A stretch of 64,000 nucleotides of DNA from an uncultured Methanomicrobiales archaeon. Its GTDB lineage: Archaea > Halobacteriota > Methanomicrobia > Methanomicrobiales > Methanospirillaceae. Of this stretch, positions 22,811 through 35,235 are shown in pieces. Location of the stretch: positions 64,001 through 128,000 of the forward strand of contig OY969100.1 in assembly GCA_963697895.1 (NCBI GenBank), in the 5' to 3' direction. The translations under genes and the position numbers were made by a program. Positions within the stretch are counted from its first letter, which is position 1; each line of letters opens with the position of its first letter. Under the pieces are notes generated by a model. The model was given only the letters and a program-made list of their open reading frames with translations. It ran no database searches and had not been told where the DNA came from.

Positions 22811-23021
22811 TGTCGCATTCTAGTTTCATGCTCTGGAGGTTCCCTATCTTCATATCTTAATGTTTTTTCATCACCTTTATAAGGTTTGGAATTTAGTCTA
22901 ACTCTCGGCCCGGCAAAGTCTTATCTGAAGTTATGTTAAGATCAATAGACAAAAAAATAAAAAGTAAAAAAAATTAGTACTAGAAACTTATTGATCCCAC
23001 CTGTATAAGGGAGATTAAATT

Positions 23022-23846
23022 ATGAAATTACTTAATGTTGCTTGTGGTAACAGATTTCATAAAGATTGGATAAATATTGATTTTCATGCGTTTCCACGCG
23101 AAGTTAACGCAATAAACGTACTAAATGGTCTACCTTATTCTGATAATTCGTTTGATGTTGTTTATTCGAGCCACTTTTTTCGAACATTTGACGAAAACAC
23201 AGGCAGATTTTGTATTACGAGAAATTTTTAGAGTTTTAAAGGTGGGGGGTATAGTCAGGATTGTGGTCCCAGATTTAGAAAATATATGCCGAGAATATTT
23301 GGAGATTTTGTCTGATATTCAAAATAGCAACAATAAAATAAAATATGAGTGGATTATAGTCGAGATTTCGGATCAAATGGTTCGGACTGATTCCGGAGGT
23401 GAAATGTTAAAAATTTTTAGAGATGCCAAAACCGTAAATGATGATTTTTTGAAAGAATATATTTTTAGAAGAGTTGGAGAAAAATTACATAACTCAAGCA
23501 ATTTACCGGTTAGTTCTACTTATAAAGACAAGTTAGGAAAGTTAAATCTGAAAACGATAAAAGAATTGATATTTTATGTGTATATCACTACTATAAAAGA
23601 CTATTTCCACGGTCTATTAAAGACAGTTTGATCTTAAACACTTCCATCGGGGAAAGACATCTCTGGATGTATGATAAATATTCTTTGAGCGAAAATATTA
23701 GTAAACATGGATTTATACACGTGAGATTCTTCTCACACGATAAAAGTCAGATCCCAAAATTCTCTGATTACCATCTTGATACAAATAAGGATGGAACCCC
23801 CTAGAAAGGGGTCTCTTCATTATATTGCGAAGCGATAAAACCATGA
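23022..23846 (+). CDS. Class I SAM-dependent methyltransferase, frameshifts and one in-frame TAG (~23802)
   Basis: LLNVACG, W.NID, DVVYSSHF.EH, RVLK.GG..RIVVPDLE, GERHLWMYD, SLYCEAIKP. Confidence 0.78.
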
Positions 23847-25094
23847 AAATACTTATTGTAAATACCCACGATATCCAAGGCGGTGCGGCCCGGGCTGCGT
23901 ATCGTTTGCATAACGCATTACAGTGTGAGGGTATTAATTCTCAAATGCTGGTCAATCCAAAACCAGCGAGATCCCACAGTTTTAGGGCCACGAACCCGAT
24001 TGCAAAAAGCCCGTAGTATTTATCGTCCAATCTTGGATGCATTGCCGGTCAACCATTACAAGAACAAAATCAAAACCCACTTCTCACCTGCATGGCTGCC
24101 CTCTAGTAGTATGGTAGAAAAAATAAACACCAGTGATGTGGATTTAGTTCACCTTCACTGGATTGGTGACGGCATGATGCGGATAGAAGATATCGCTAGC
24201 ATTAAAAAACCCATTGTTTGGTCTTTGCATGATATGTGGGCTTTTACAGGGGGTTGTCATTATGATTTTGAGTGTGGCAAGTTTACCACACATTGCGGGG
24301 CTTGTCCTGTTACTCGGTTCAAAAAAGAGATAATAATCTGAGTTATAGCATTTTTAACCGTAAAGCAAAAACCTTTGCCAAAATACCTAATATCAATATT
24401 GTAGGTATCAGTCGTTGGCTTGCATGCTGTGCGAAGAATAGCGCAATACTCGCAGAGAAATGCATAGTTAATTTACCAAATCCAATAGACACACACACCT
24501 TCCGGCCACTTGATAGAGAAACTGCCAGAGATCTCTTGGATTTGCCACTGAACAAGAAGTTGATATTATTCGGGGCTGCTAATGCCACGAGAGACCCGCG
24601 CAAAGGCTTTGCGGAACTATCAAAGGCAATGAACAAATTAAAATCAGGGAATGTGGAACTAGTTGTGTTTGGTTCCGGTCATCCCGTAATAAATGTCCCA
24701 GACTTTGGCTTCCCATCTCATTACTTGGGACATTTGCCTGGTGACCTCTCGCTTCGTATACTTTACTCTGCAGCAGATGTGATGGTAGTGCCAAGTTTAC
24801 AAGAGGCGTTTGGCCAAACTGCAAGCGAATCAATGGCCTGCGGTACATCCCGTTGTGGCCTTTAGGGCAACAGGGCTATTAGATATTGTAGATCATCAAA
24901 AAAATGGCTTTCTGGCAGCACCCTATGACCCAACTAGTCTGGCCGAAGGTATTGATTGGGTTTTAAATCATTCCACATCAGATGATCTTTCCCAAAATGC
25001 TCGGCAGAAAGTGATAGATAAATTTGAAGCGACCCGTGTACATCGGCAATATATGGAACTATATGAGGGGATATTGAAAACTGCCCAGAGTTAA
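23843..25094 (+). CDS. Glycosyltransferase family 4 (WcaC-like), frameshifted
   Basis: GGAARAAYRLH, DLVHLHW, WSLHDMWAFTGGCHY, DPRKG, VPSLQEAFGQTASESMACG. Confidence 0.88.
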
Positions 25095-25249
25095 TAAGTC
25101 CCCAAATACTTACCAATTGAATAGGGATTATTGGATTTATGGGAGTATATTTCAGTTAAAACGACCAGTTATACCCAAAGATCATACACTTCATCTGTAG
25201 AAACGAACATAAGTCAAGACTCAAGCATATAATGTGAAAAATGCTTTTA

Positions 25250-25920
25250 TCCTACTTTTTTGAATATTCTCGTGGTGAGGAAAGGTTGCAGGATTTCGGG
25301 TCACGAACCCGTTGTAGACTAACCAATAGTCCATCAAGAAGCATACATTGTCTTTGAACGCGAATAGGGAAATACATCAGGATGCATTTCCAAATTCAAA
25401 TATAGTTTCTGAAGGTTTTAGATACTCATAAACATTTGTTGTTTACAAAATCTTCGGCATCCTGAATACTTTCATCAATGTAAAACTCCGCCGCGAAATT
25501 GACGATATAACCGGGATTAAAACCTTTAAAGGATTGGAAAAATTTTTATTATATGATATCTTTGGAATAAAATAATTTCTTAATTTTTGGTACATCTTTC
25601 TGATTGAGCAGATTACCAGGCATCGGAAATTTATTTTCATGCAGCTTGTGTTGTTATATATCCAAATGTCATTCTTGAACTCTTTTATCCTGTGGGGTAT
25701 CAGTGTTTGCGAGCATTTGGAGGAATTCCCGAACAAATTAAAGAGGGGATACCCTGGATTTTTCATCTCACTTGTAGATTTACATGCCATGGCAACGAAA
25801 TACTGGATTTGATTTTAATAAAAGACTATTCAAAAATGGGAGAAAATGCTCGAATGATGCAATGAAAGATTTGGATCAGAACTACAAGTTGAAGAATACT
25901 TAAAATCGTATAAAAATACA
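25250..25920 (+). pseudogene. Decayed GT4 glycosyltransferase remnant
   Basis: Fragments PNVILE..SCG and GGIPEQIKEG..GF with many stops; boundaries approximate. Confidence 0.55.
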
Positions 25921-25989
25921 TTAAAAGAATAATTTTACGATGCAGTTTGAATAAAATTGGAATAATTTTGTGAGTTCCTTAAGAATTTT

Positions 25990-27911
25990 TTAAAGAGAGA
26001 TATAACCTGAAACAGATTTACTATTAAAAATTTCCGAGAACTGATGCATCTCGAATTCATTTTTTGGATTATAATCAATCTTATCTAAACCAAATCCCGA
26101 TTGAAATGGGTAATGAATAATGTAGTCCCTTAATAAAATCAGATTTTGACGATTCTTATCAAATTTTTTGAAAAAGATATAGTTATCTATTGAAACTAAA
26201 GTATTCATAGTATATTTTTGGGTGTCAAACCTGTATAGAATTGAATAATAATTATCACTTACATAATAACCCTCCAAAAAGGGATTCAATGTATTTATCG
26301 CGCTTAATTCTGAATCAATAAATGTGTACCTGATGTTTGTCGTTGAATGAAATGCAGGATTATCAATTGAGGAAATAATTATACTAAAGAATGAGAAACT
26401 AAAAACAATGACAAAAATGGCGAAATATTTTATTTTATCATTACGGATATTCATGAAAAGTATGAATAGCCCAAGTGCTGCAAAAACGGGAAACAATAAT
26501 TGAATATAAAGAATCCATCTTTCTGATTCAATTCCGAGATTAAAAAATATCCAACAAGGCCTATACAAAATGCTAATGCTGAAGATGACAATAGAATAAA
26601 AATTTTCTTATCCCTTATTTTTTCTGATAGAAGGAAAAAAATCCCCAATAATGACAATCCATAATATACATCTAAAATGAACATATCACACAATTGATCA
26701 AAAAAAGGTTTCATAGGTATATGTGAAACATTGTTATACGTCCCTAAATCTCTAAAGGTATATGTGCCAAAATTTGTATCAAATAATCGTAAGATACTTT
26801 CAGATAAATTTGTAAAATCCAGCCAATATATTAAAGTTCCAATTGTAAAAAGAACAAAAAAATAAATAAATAATTTTTGTTTTAGATCATCTTGAAATTG
26901 AGAGAGATTTAGTTTTTTCGAGATAACTAATAAAATAACATTAATAAATAATATAAATTCCATCAATAATGTCGGAAATGGATGGCATAAAATAAGGGCG
27001 CACAATTCAATAATAATAATTATTTGAATATAGAATGATTTTAATCGATCCAAATTAAGCAATAAATAAACTATAATCAAAATGTAATTAAATGCAAAAA
27101 CAAAAGGCACTAAATGAACCGAATAAAAATTAAAATTTAGAGCCCCGATTAAAATAAACAATCCCGCTATCAACCCTAATTTTTTGGATGTTTCGGTCCC
27201 AATCTTGTCTTTTAACAAACTATTAACAATGAGGTAAATGAATAAAATTAAAATTATTGTATTAAGAATCATAACGGACAATAAAGTGGATAGTTTAAAG
27301 TTTTCATTCGCTAGAATTGAAGTAGACGAGATAATGAGAGGATAAATGGGAATTTTGTCATATAAAGAAATAAGATTTGGAATGTGACCGGAACTAATCA
27401 ATTCTTGGGCAAATAGTTGGTGGAACCAAGGGTCAATACCAAGAAGGCTTGGAAATATCAAATTTTCTGAATAATTCGCCAATAAGACAACAAAAATAAT
27501 TTTTAGAAAAGTTATCCAGGTCCAGAATTTTTCTTTCACGGGTAAGAAAATTTCAAAAAAAATGATTGATACCATAATTGACCAAATTACGAAAAATCCT
27601 ATGGGTCTTTGGTATGAATCGCCAGATGTATATATCAATAGAATCGAAAAAACGTAAAGAAATATAAAAAAAATATTTGTGATATAGTGTGTTGTTTTTG
27701 TGATCTTCAATTTTGATGAATACTTAATATTATGTTTTTTAACAATTAACCAAAATACACAACACAGTAACGCGACTATAGAAGCAATGAAAATTTCGAA
27801 AGTAACATAAATTTTTAAAAAAAACATAAAAATTAAGATTATTGAAGCAACTGCCACAAAAAGGACCGGCAATGGGATAAAATTGTCTGAAAAAATATCA
27901 TGTAATTTCAT
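25990..27911 (-). CDS. Large polytopic membrane protein (DUF2206-like, possibly GT-C fold), frameshift near 26550
   Basis: Many hydrophobic helices, GIDPWFH, LCHPF, and a soluble C-terminal part with SELSA; two overlapping ORFs. Confidence 0.65.
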
Positions 27912-28235
27912 AATTCACCGGTTGTATATTTTATTTTGTCGCTTTGCAGTAAAGTTATTTTCTAAATTGAAGGCGATGCTAAATATTAACGCGGCAAATT
28001 TTGCATCGAGCTTTCAATCGGATCAATTTCAACGAAGATATGATAAAATTTCCAGTCGTTTTTGCCATGTCAATCAGGTTTATGAATTTATGGAGAATAT
28101 TCTGGCTCATTAAGGCAAAGGAAGAAATTGGAACACCATAATTTCATGCAGGATAAGATCCATCTTTTCCGATTTTCTTTGAATATACTTTCAGCTATCG
28201 TTTTGAAGTACACCTAAAAAATATCAAAAAATTTA

Positions 28236-29045
28236 TTGAATAACACCATAGTATATGCTGTGAAATCCGAAAAAATTAAGGTATCAATAATTACGGTATG
28301 CCGAAATTCAGAAGAATCTATTGAAGCTACGATTCAAAGTGTAATTAATCAAACATATCCCAATATAGAGTATATTATCATTGACGGAAAATCAACGGAT
28401 GGAACATTAAATATCGTCCGAAAATATGAAGAAAAGATCAGTAAAATTGTGTCAGAAAAAGATGAGGGAATTTATGACGCAATGAATAAAGGAATACGAG
28501 TGGCGAATGGGGAAATAATTCATTTTTTAAATTGTGGAGATTATTTTTGCGATAACCAAGTTATAGAAAAAATTGTTGAAGTATTCATTAATAATAGAGA
28601 TTGCGCCTTTATTTACGGAGATTACTATTTGTATAACGAGAACAAAACTGAATTTATTGTTGGGTACCGGAAAAATATCACCCACATTATATCCCAAGGA
28701 ATTAACCACCAATCGACATTTGTCAGGAGAGCAGTGTTCGATTATGGACTATTTGATACTAGCTATCCAATTTATTCAGATTTTGACTGGTTATTGAATT
28801 TACTGATAAAACATCAGGTACATATTCTGTATATTAATATCCGAACAATCTATTACCTGATAGGAGGAGTTAGCGATCAGAATCGCAAAGATTTTGTATT
28901 GGAGAGAATTAAAATCATCAGAAAATATTCCAATTTCAAACAAACTTTAAAATTAGGAATGTATTATCCAAAACAGTCAATTTATTTTTTCCTTTTCCCG
29001 TTGTATTATATGGTAAAACGAAATATGGAGCGTAAAGCGCAATAA
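28236..29045 (+). CDS. Glycosyltransferase family 2 (WcaE-like)
   Basis: VSIITVCRN, EYIIIDG.STDGT, DEGIYDAMNKG, FLNCGD. Confidence 0.9.
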   Translation: MNNTIVYAVKSEKIKVSIITVCRNSEESIEATIQSVINQTYPNIEYIIIDGKSTDGTLNIVRKYEEKISKIVSEKDEGIYDAMNKGIRVANGEIIHFLNCGDYFCDNQVIEKIVEVFINNRDCAFIYGDYYLYNENKTEFIVGYRKNITHIISQGINHQSTFVRRAVFDYGLFDTSYPIYSDFDWLLNLLIKHQVHILYINIRTIYYLIGGVSDQNRKDFVLERIKIIRKYSNFKQTLKLGMYYPKQSIYFFLFPLYYMVKRNMERKAQ

Positions 29046-29058
29046 TATTTTGAATTCT

Positions 29059-30186
29059 TCAATCAATCATTTTAAATAAATTTGTTTTTATTTTATTCCA
29101 ATCGAACTCGCTCTCTGCTAATGTCCTTGAATTATCTCCCATTTTGGAAAGCAGGGAATCAGGTATTTCTCTAATAGTTTGAATTCCTTCAACTAGACTC
29201 TCTGAATCGTAACCATCAATTACATATCCGCAATGATATTTTCTTACTAATTCTGCAGCATCACCAACATTAGTAGTTAATATTGGTTTTCCCATCGATG
29301 CATATTCAGCAAATTTTGTGGGTGCGGCGATTTCTGTAGCAGTGCTTTTGAACCTTGGTAGCACAAAAATATCTGCAATCGAATGGTACTTAATTATTTC
29401 ATGTCGTGGAACGTTGGGAATGCAGACGATATTTCTTTTTTTATATTGGATGTTCCCCCCAACAAATAAAAATACTAAGTTCTCATCGTGAATATGTTCT
29501 GCAGCATGGATTAAATTTTCCACACCTTGCCATTTTTGAAAACCTCCAATATATGCAAATATTTGTTTATCTTCGATTTTTAAATCTTCCCGAAGTTTTT
29601 CACGTTCTTTCTCACTCACATTATTAAAAAAATTTAGATCAACACCATTAGGAACATAGTATATTTTTTCAAGGGGAACTTTTTTTTGATGTATATAATG
29701 TATCATTTTTTTTGATACACAGACTATTTTGTTCGAAAATTTAATTGAACTCAAATTTATAATTATATTCTGAAAATATTTTAGCAAATAACTTGGGCTG
29801 TATTGGAATGGGTTTGAAATTAAAAACTCCTCAAAGCCGTCCCCATGGAAATCAAGAATCAAAGGAACCTTGATAAGTTTTCCGAGAAGAGAGACAAAAC
29901 AATACGGGGTAGCATTGCCATAGACTAAATCATACCTATTGTTAAGTAAAAAATTTAAATGTTTAATTGGTATTAAATATCGTGACGAAGATAAAAAATA
30001 ATGCGTAGAACCAATTTCATCAATGAATTCTCGTTTTACGAAATTCTTATTTAATATACCAGGTGCAAGTGGATAATGGATATAATCCACACGATGCCCC
30101 AGTGACGATAATAATCTCCCGATATTTGTTACCCGCAAATAATATGCAGAACAATCGGGTTCACCGCAAACAGATAAAATCCGCAT
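29059..30186 (-). CDS. Glycosyltransferase family 4
   Basis: VPNGVD, YIGGFQKWQG, PTKFAEYASMGKPI. Confidence 0.9.
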   Translation of the reverse strand: MRILSVCGEPDCSAYYLRVTNIGRLLSSLGHRVDYIHYPLAPGILNKNFVKREFIDEIGSTHYFLSSSRYLIPIKHLNFLLNNRYDLVYGNATPYCFVSLLGKLIKVPLILDFHGDGFEEFLISNPFQYSPSYLLKYFQNIIINLSSIKFSNKIVCVSKKMIHYIHQKKVPLEKIYYVPNGVDLNFFNNVSEKEREKLREDLKIEDKQIFAYIGGFQKWQGVENLIHAAEHIHDENLVFLFVGGNIQYKKRNIVCIPNVPRHEIIKYHSIADIFVLPRFKSTATEIAAPTKFAEYASMGKPILTTNVGDAAELVRKYHCGYVIDGYDSESLVEGIQTIREIPDSLLSKMGDNSRTLAESEFDWNKIKTNLFKMID

Positions 30187-30190
30187 TTTT

Positions 30191-31412
30191 TCACCAAATC
30201 ATACGATTTTTGTTGATTTTTCGATATAAGAAAGCAATATTTTCGGGAATTGCAAATAAAATATCTCTTTTTGTAATTGGTGAATGGTTAATAGATTGTA
30301 TCTTAAAATTTTCTTCTTCAATTATATCCAAATTTAATTGGTGAAAACCTGCATTTATCGATAATTCTTTGCACATTATCGGGCGCATTTTTTTATTTAT
30401 TTTTACATACCTGATTAATCTCTCAAAATTCTCTATTTGCTGTAAATTCCCCTCTCTGAAGGGATGACATAATATTGTTATATGGTTTTCATTTTCTTTA
30501 TGAATTTGAAAGGTTGTATCAATCATGTTTTTTATAGTAAACCAAGGTTTATTGTAAGTTTCCACATTAATCGGTATCGATATGATCTTACCTCTATTCG
30601 ATGTAATTGAAGTGGGATATGAATGATATTTCAGATAGCTCGAATAACCTGTAATGGTTCAAGGCCGGATAAACAAAATAACCAATATTATTTTCAATCA
30701 AACTTGATACAGTGTCTTTGTTCATCCTCCCGATGAAATTTGCTCCAAAAATTTTTACATTTATATCTTTAATCATCATATCAATCAAATGTCTTTGTCC
30801 AAATTGGTCAAATGTGGAAATATATTCATGGAAATTTCCATGTATTGCAATTTCATGTTCCTCAGTGAAAATTACATCCAAAAATTGAGGATATATTTTT
30901 TTCATTAGATTTGTGATGAAAAAAGTTGCTTTAATATCATATCTTTTTAATAGCGGTAAAATCCTTGTGAGACCGTATCGAACACATCCAAATTGTTCCA
31001 CGTCAAAAATTAATGAAAAAGTTCCCGAATAATTTCTTAAATCCTCATTGGGCAAAATATTTTCGGAGATATCGAAATTAATGTCATTGTTAAAATTAAA
31101 AAAATCTTCATATAATGTTTGCATTTCAAGAGTTCTGAACTGTTGATCTATACCACTAAATGAGGAATAACCAATCCTTAATCTATTCGTCACGGAACCG
31201 ATATTAATTCTATTTTCGACCTGGTCATTTCTTGAATATAATACAAAATCAATATCGTTCATTAACACATTTTCCCGTAAACGTTCGATACTATCAGATA
31301 ACTTTGAGTAATCCAGTACTTCCCAATAAATATTCCAATCTGCAGAAAGTCGACTCGTGTTTAAATATTGGATATCTTCCGGATCGGCAATGATAAGGAC
31401 GTTATTTTTCAT
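30191..31412 (-). CDS. Polysaccharide deacetylase (NodB-like) domain protein, frameshift near 30630
   Basis: FDVE, KATFF, HEIAIHG..H, later ILCHP. Confidence 0.72.
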
Positions 31413-31619
31413 TATAAAAATCTTCCTTTCTCGATGGCGATAATCTGCAAATTGGAATTGAATATTTAATAATCTTTGCAGAAAAACAATTTAAATATGG
31501 TGGAATATCAAAATCAATAACAACAAATAAACCGAAATAATAAGTTACCATCCTTTTTATTTACTAATCCTGGGGGTTCTATCATATCATATAGGGAAAA
31601 TCAATGGCGGAAAACATAT

Positions 31620-32348
31620 TTGAAGCATGTATTTTTAAGGATTGCAGGATATCCAAGTCTAATCCGCCGATTGCAGGCCCCTGTGCTAATAAGGATGTTA
31701 GCCCCAAAAAATAATGAATCAATATTAGATTTAGGATGTGGCAATGGAATTTTTACGTATGAATTTTCGGAAAAATGTGATAATATTTGTGGATTAGATC
31801 AATCAATAAACAATGATTTAGCATTGGCTGCACATTTCTCTCCGTCAATTTCATTGATAAAAGGAAATGTGCAATATCTCCCCTTTAAAGAGCGCACATT
31901 TGACAAGATCCTCTTATCAAGCATTCTTCAGATGATTGATGATGATAAAAAATTATTATATGAATGTCTTAGAGTACTGAAAGATGACGGATTGTTAATA
32001 GTATCAGTCCCACTCGATTATGTTTATATTAAAAATCTTAACAAAATAAAATCGGATTTAAATATAAAATTTGGTTCAACTGGAAAAGGATTTTATAGAA
32101 AACAGGATATCGGTTTTTTATTGGAAACTACAGGATTTGAAATAATCGAAGTTGAATATGCTCCAAAAAGATGGGGATCATTTGTTTATGAATTATGGTT
32201 ATATCTTTGTTATCGGTCTGGATTTCCCTTATTTCACTCTGCCTATTTTTTTTTGCTATATCCGATAGCATACTGTGATCGTTTTGAAAAAAAAGATAAA
32301 ACGGGATGTGAAATTATAATTAAAGCAAAAAGAATTACTATTCCTTAA
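31620..32348 (+). CDS. Class I SAM-dependent methyltransferase
   Basis: ILDLGCGNG, LPF...FD, RVLK.DG.LIVSVP. Confidence 0.85.
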   Translation: MKHVFLRIAGYPSLIRRLQAPVLIRMLAPKNNESILDLGCGNGIFTYEFSEKCDNICGLDQSINNDLALAAHFSPSISLIKGNVQYLPFKERTFDKILLSSILQMIDDDKKLLYECLRVLKDDGLLIVSVPLDYVYIKNLNKIKSDLNIKFGSTGKGFYRKQDIGFLLETTGFEIIEVEYAPKRWGSFVYELWLYLCYRSGFPLFHSAYFFLLYPIAYCDRFEKKDKTGCEIIIKAKRITIP

Positions 32349-33511
32349 ATATTTTTCAATACCAATTCATTAAATAAAATTGCATAATTTGAAGAAATTA
32401 TTTTCCAATCATAATGTTGTTGAACCAATGAATAATTTAATTGAGCAAAATTTTTAATTAATTCCTCATTTTCAAACGAATAAATCATTAATTCGGAGAG
32501 TTGTTTATAATTCCCCACTTCGAATAAAAAACCATTCTCCCCATTTTTAATTAAATCCTTAGGTCCCCCGTTAATGTTTGTGGCAATTATTGGGATTTTG
32601 AAAAGCATGGCCTCCAATATCGTAATGGGGAATGATTCTTGGTAGGATGTCAGAATGAATAAATCGCATGACTTGTAATATTGATAAACTTCCGGGGGAT
32701 TTACAAATCCTTCAAATTTGATATAATCAAAAATCCCCAATTCTTTTGATAATTGTTCTAAGTTCTCCCTTTCCGGACCTTCTCCGATAATATATAAACG
32801 AGATAATGGATATTTTTTTATGAAAATCCCAAATGCTTGTAATATTTGTTCAATTCCCTTAATTTTCACTAATCTGCCAACAAATAGAATTTTGGGGGAA
32901 CCAGTTAATTGAATATATTTAATATTCTTTTCAATATCAATATCAATACCGTTTGGAATAATTTTAATTATTGATTTTTTAAAACCAAAATGCTCAGGGA
33001 TAACCAAAGAATACTTACTTGAAACAATAACTCTATCAAAAAAATTTCTTTGTAATTTAACCAAGAATCGACCAAATCGATGGAATAAATTCTTGCTATC
33101 GTATATACCTCCATATCCATGAAAAATTAAGACTTGTTTCACTCCCATAATTTTATAGCACAATGGTGACAGTAGAGTAATATCAATAGGAGGAGAATTA
33201 TAAAAAATAATATCAACTTTTTCATGAACAATCATTTTTGTTAATAATATAATCTTAAACAAAATTTGAGGGAAATTCAAAAACAAATTTTTATCATAAT
33301 TGATCATAATTGGAATTATTTTGATATTATTTATTTTAAATTCCTGATTATTCTGAATTTGTAAAAGTTGTTTTCTATTCATTACACGAACAAAAAGAAT
33401 TACTTCACACTTTTCTTTTATTAGCCCTTTTGCCAAAAAATATCCAACATTGGCCGGACCACCTATTTCAATGGGGTAAATGCCAGATGTCGCAATAATT
33501 CCTACTTTCAT
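32345..33511 (-). CDS. Glycosyltransferase family 4
   Basis: IPNGID, FVGRL..KG, GEGPER, ESFPITILEAM. Confidence 0.92.
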   Translation of the reverse strand: MKVGIIATSGIYPIEIGGPANVGYFLAKGLIKEKCEVILFVRVMNRKQLLQIQNNQEFKINNIKIIPIMINYDKNLFLNFPQILFKIILLTKMIVHEKVDIIFYNSPPIDITLLSPLCYKIMGVKQVLIFHGYGGIYDSKNLFHRFGRFLVKLQRNFFDRVIVSSKYSLVIPEHFGFKKSIIKIIPNGIDIDIEKNIKYIQLTGSPKILFVGRLVKIKGIEQILQAFGIFIKKYPLSRLYIIGEGPERENLEQLSKELGIFDYIKFEGFVNPPEVYQYYKSCDLFILTSYQESFPITILEAMLFKIPIIATNINGGPKDLIKNGENGFLFEVGNYKQLSELMIYSFENEELIKNFAQLNYSLVQQHYDWKIISSNYAILFNELVLKNI

Positions 33512-33559
33512 ATAAAATCTTCTTCCTCTTACCGAGAATTCATTGATTTTTTTTAGATT

Positions 33560-34609
33560 TTATTTTTTATCAATATTCAACCCGTGACGATCTCCACGTT
33601 TGTTTCTGACATAATATCCAAATGAATTATACAGATTCCGACAGACCTGTGAAGTCAAGAAAAATTCATAAAACCGGCTTTTCATTAGTTCGTGAGTTAT
33701 CCTATCTATATCTAAGGAGATATTAAAAAAAATTCTCTCTTTCGTTGTCATTTTAATATCATCAATTGAATTGATTCCTTGAAGCATGAATTCTCGGTCA
33801 AACAGATGGGGAAATTCAACAGGCTTGCCGTCGATATAAATCATTTTTTTGATTGCTAATAATCGTTCAAGACCCAGATTGAACAAATCTCCCCACCCCA
33901 TTCTTTCGGCATATTTCTTACATGTATCAATATCTATTGTATTCATAAGAGATTTAAATTGCAAAAAATCCAATAAAGTCATCCTCCTATGGCCAAATAT
34001 ACTATGAACAAGAAGAATTAAAAAATTTGCTTCATCATTGAGACTCCGATAATTAATTCCGAATACATTGTCCCGTTCTGAACATTTCCACAAAAATTCG
34101 GGTTCAATAAATTCTTTTGAGAGGTAACTAATTTTACAATAAATATCTAATTTTAAACACCCTGATTTTCTGAAGGAGCTTTCTACTTCATTTGAATATA
34201 TAATCTGCATATTTTCACTTTTAAGGATATGAAATATTTTTTCTTTTTCATTTTCATGAACGAAAATATCAATATCTCGAGGGATATGCGAAATTTTGTT
34301 ACAGCTTTTAATTACGAAAAAGTCTATTCCATATTGGTTTTCGAGATAATTTAAAAAATTTAAGGAATTTTTAAAATTTTCGAATCTTTTGTTTTCGATT
34401 GCCCAACGATTTTTATTATGTGGTTGAAAATGAAAATCTTCAGAAAGTCTGTTCATTAATCCAAAGTATAATCCATTAATATCGGAAAATTTGATAATTT
34501 CATTCAACAATTTTCTATCTCCGATAATCATTCCTGGATCAATTTTTTTAGAATAGTCATAATCTAATATTGACAAGACAAAATCAGTTAAACTGAATTT
34601 ATTTGTCAT
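33560..34609 (-). CDS. Uncharacterised nucleotidyltransferase-superfamily protein (NTP_transf_5-like)
   Basis: VIKS....PRDIDIFV (DxD), KLDIY, L.H....H, LLD. Confidence 0.6.
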   Translation of the reverse strand: MTNKFSLTDFVLSILDYDYSKKIDPGMIIGDRKLLNEIIKFSDINGLYFGLMNRLSEDFHFQPHNKNRWAIENKRFENFKNSLNFLNYLENQYGIDFFVIKSCNKISHIPRDIDIFVHENEKEKIFHILKSENMQIIYSNEVESSFRKSGCLKLDIYCKISYLSKEFIEPEFLWKCSERDNVFGINYRSLNDEANFLILLVHSIFGHRRMTLLDFLQFKSLMNTIDIDTCKKYAERMGWGDLFNLGLERLLAIKKMIYIDGKPVEFPHLFDREFMLQGINSIDDIKMTTKERIFFNISLDIDRITHELMKSRFYEFFLTSQVCRNLYNSFGYYVRNKRGDRHGLNIDKK

Positions 34610-34613
34610 ACAA

Positions 34614-35235
34614 TCACATTTTCTTGTAACTTTGGATACTATACTGATATATTATATCATGGATTTCGTCTTTGTTAAGACTTGCCTCAATTTTAATGAA
34701 TTTCTGCGTTTCTGCAATGATCTTATAATAATTCATTATTTTAATATAATATGTCATAGAAATTGCTTTATCCTCTGAATTCGTCATTCTTGAATAGAAT
34801 AAATCTATATCCCCTTCCAAAAAAAAAGTCAAATCAGGTTTTGGAAAAAATCTAACGATTCTTATAAGCTCTATCATCGAAAATATCAAAAAAAAATTGA
34901 TAAAAATATCTATCACAAACAACGATTTTGTTCTGGAATGCTATTTTTATGAAAATAAATGTAGTTATTCCATAAGAAAAACCTATTAAACCAAACACCA
35001 TTTTACTAAATCGAGAAATTGTTTTTTTTTGAAATTTTTCATTTGTTTTCTGTCTTCTCGGACTCATATTATTGGAAATCAGATTACTCAAGTTGAATAA
35101 ATCAGACAAAAAATAAATTGGTCTCACATATTCAACGGAATAGCCTGCTTTTTTTAACCGATCATATAATCTTTGTGATTGAGTAGTTTTTCCACAACCA
35201 TCAATGCCTTCAATGGCGATAATAATTTGAGATCT
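34614..35235 (-). CDS. Thymidylate-kinase-like P-loop kinase, frameshift near 34860
   Basis: IAIEGIDGCGKTTQ, VVCDRYFY, PKPDLTFFL; start uncertain. Confidence 0.75.

Noticed and set aside
23800-23806. Pyrrolysine read-through at the in-frame TAG of the methyltransferase
   Set aside because: The gene also has frameshifts, the position reads naturally as Tyr (GTP-Y-KG), and no pyl machinery is in the window; error or mutation is simpler.
34614-35235. Housekeeping thymidylate kinase (tmk)
   Set aside because: AT-rich island context and an atypical hydrophobic insert; gene symbol withheld.
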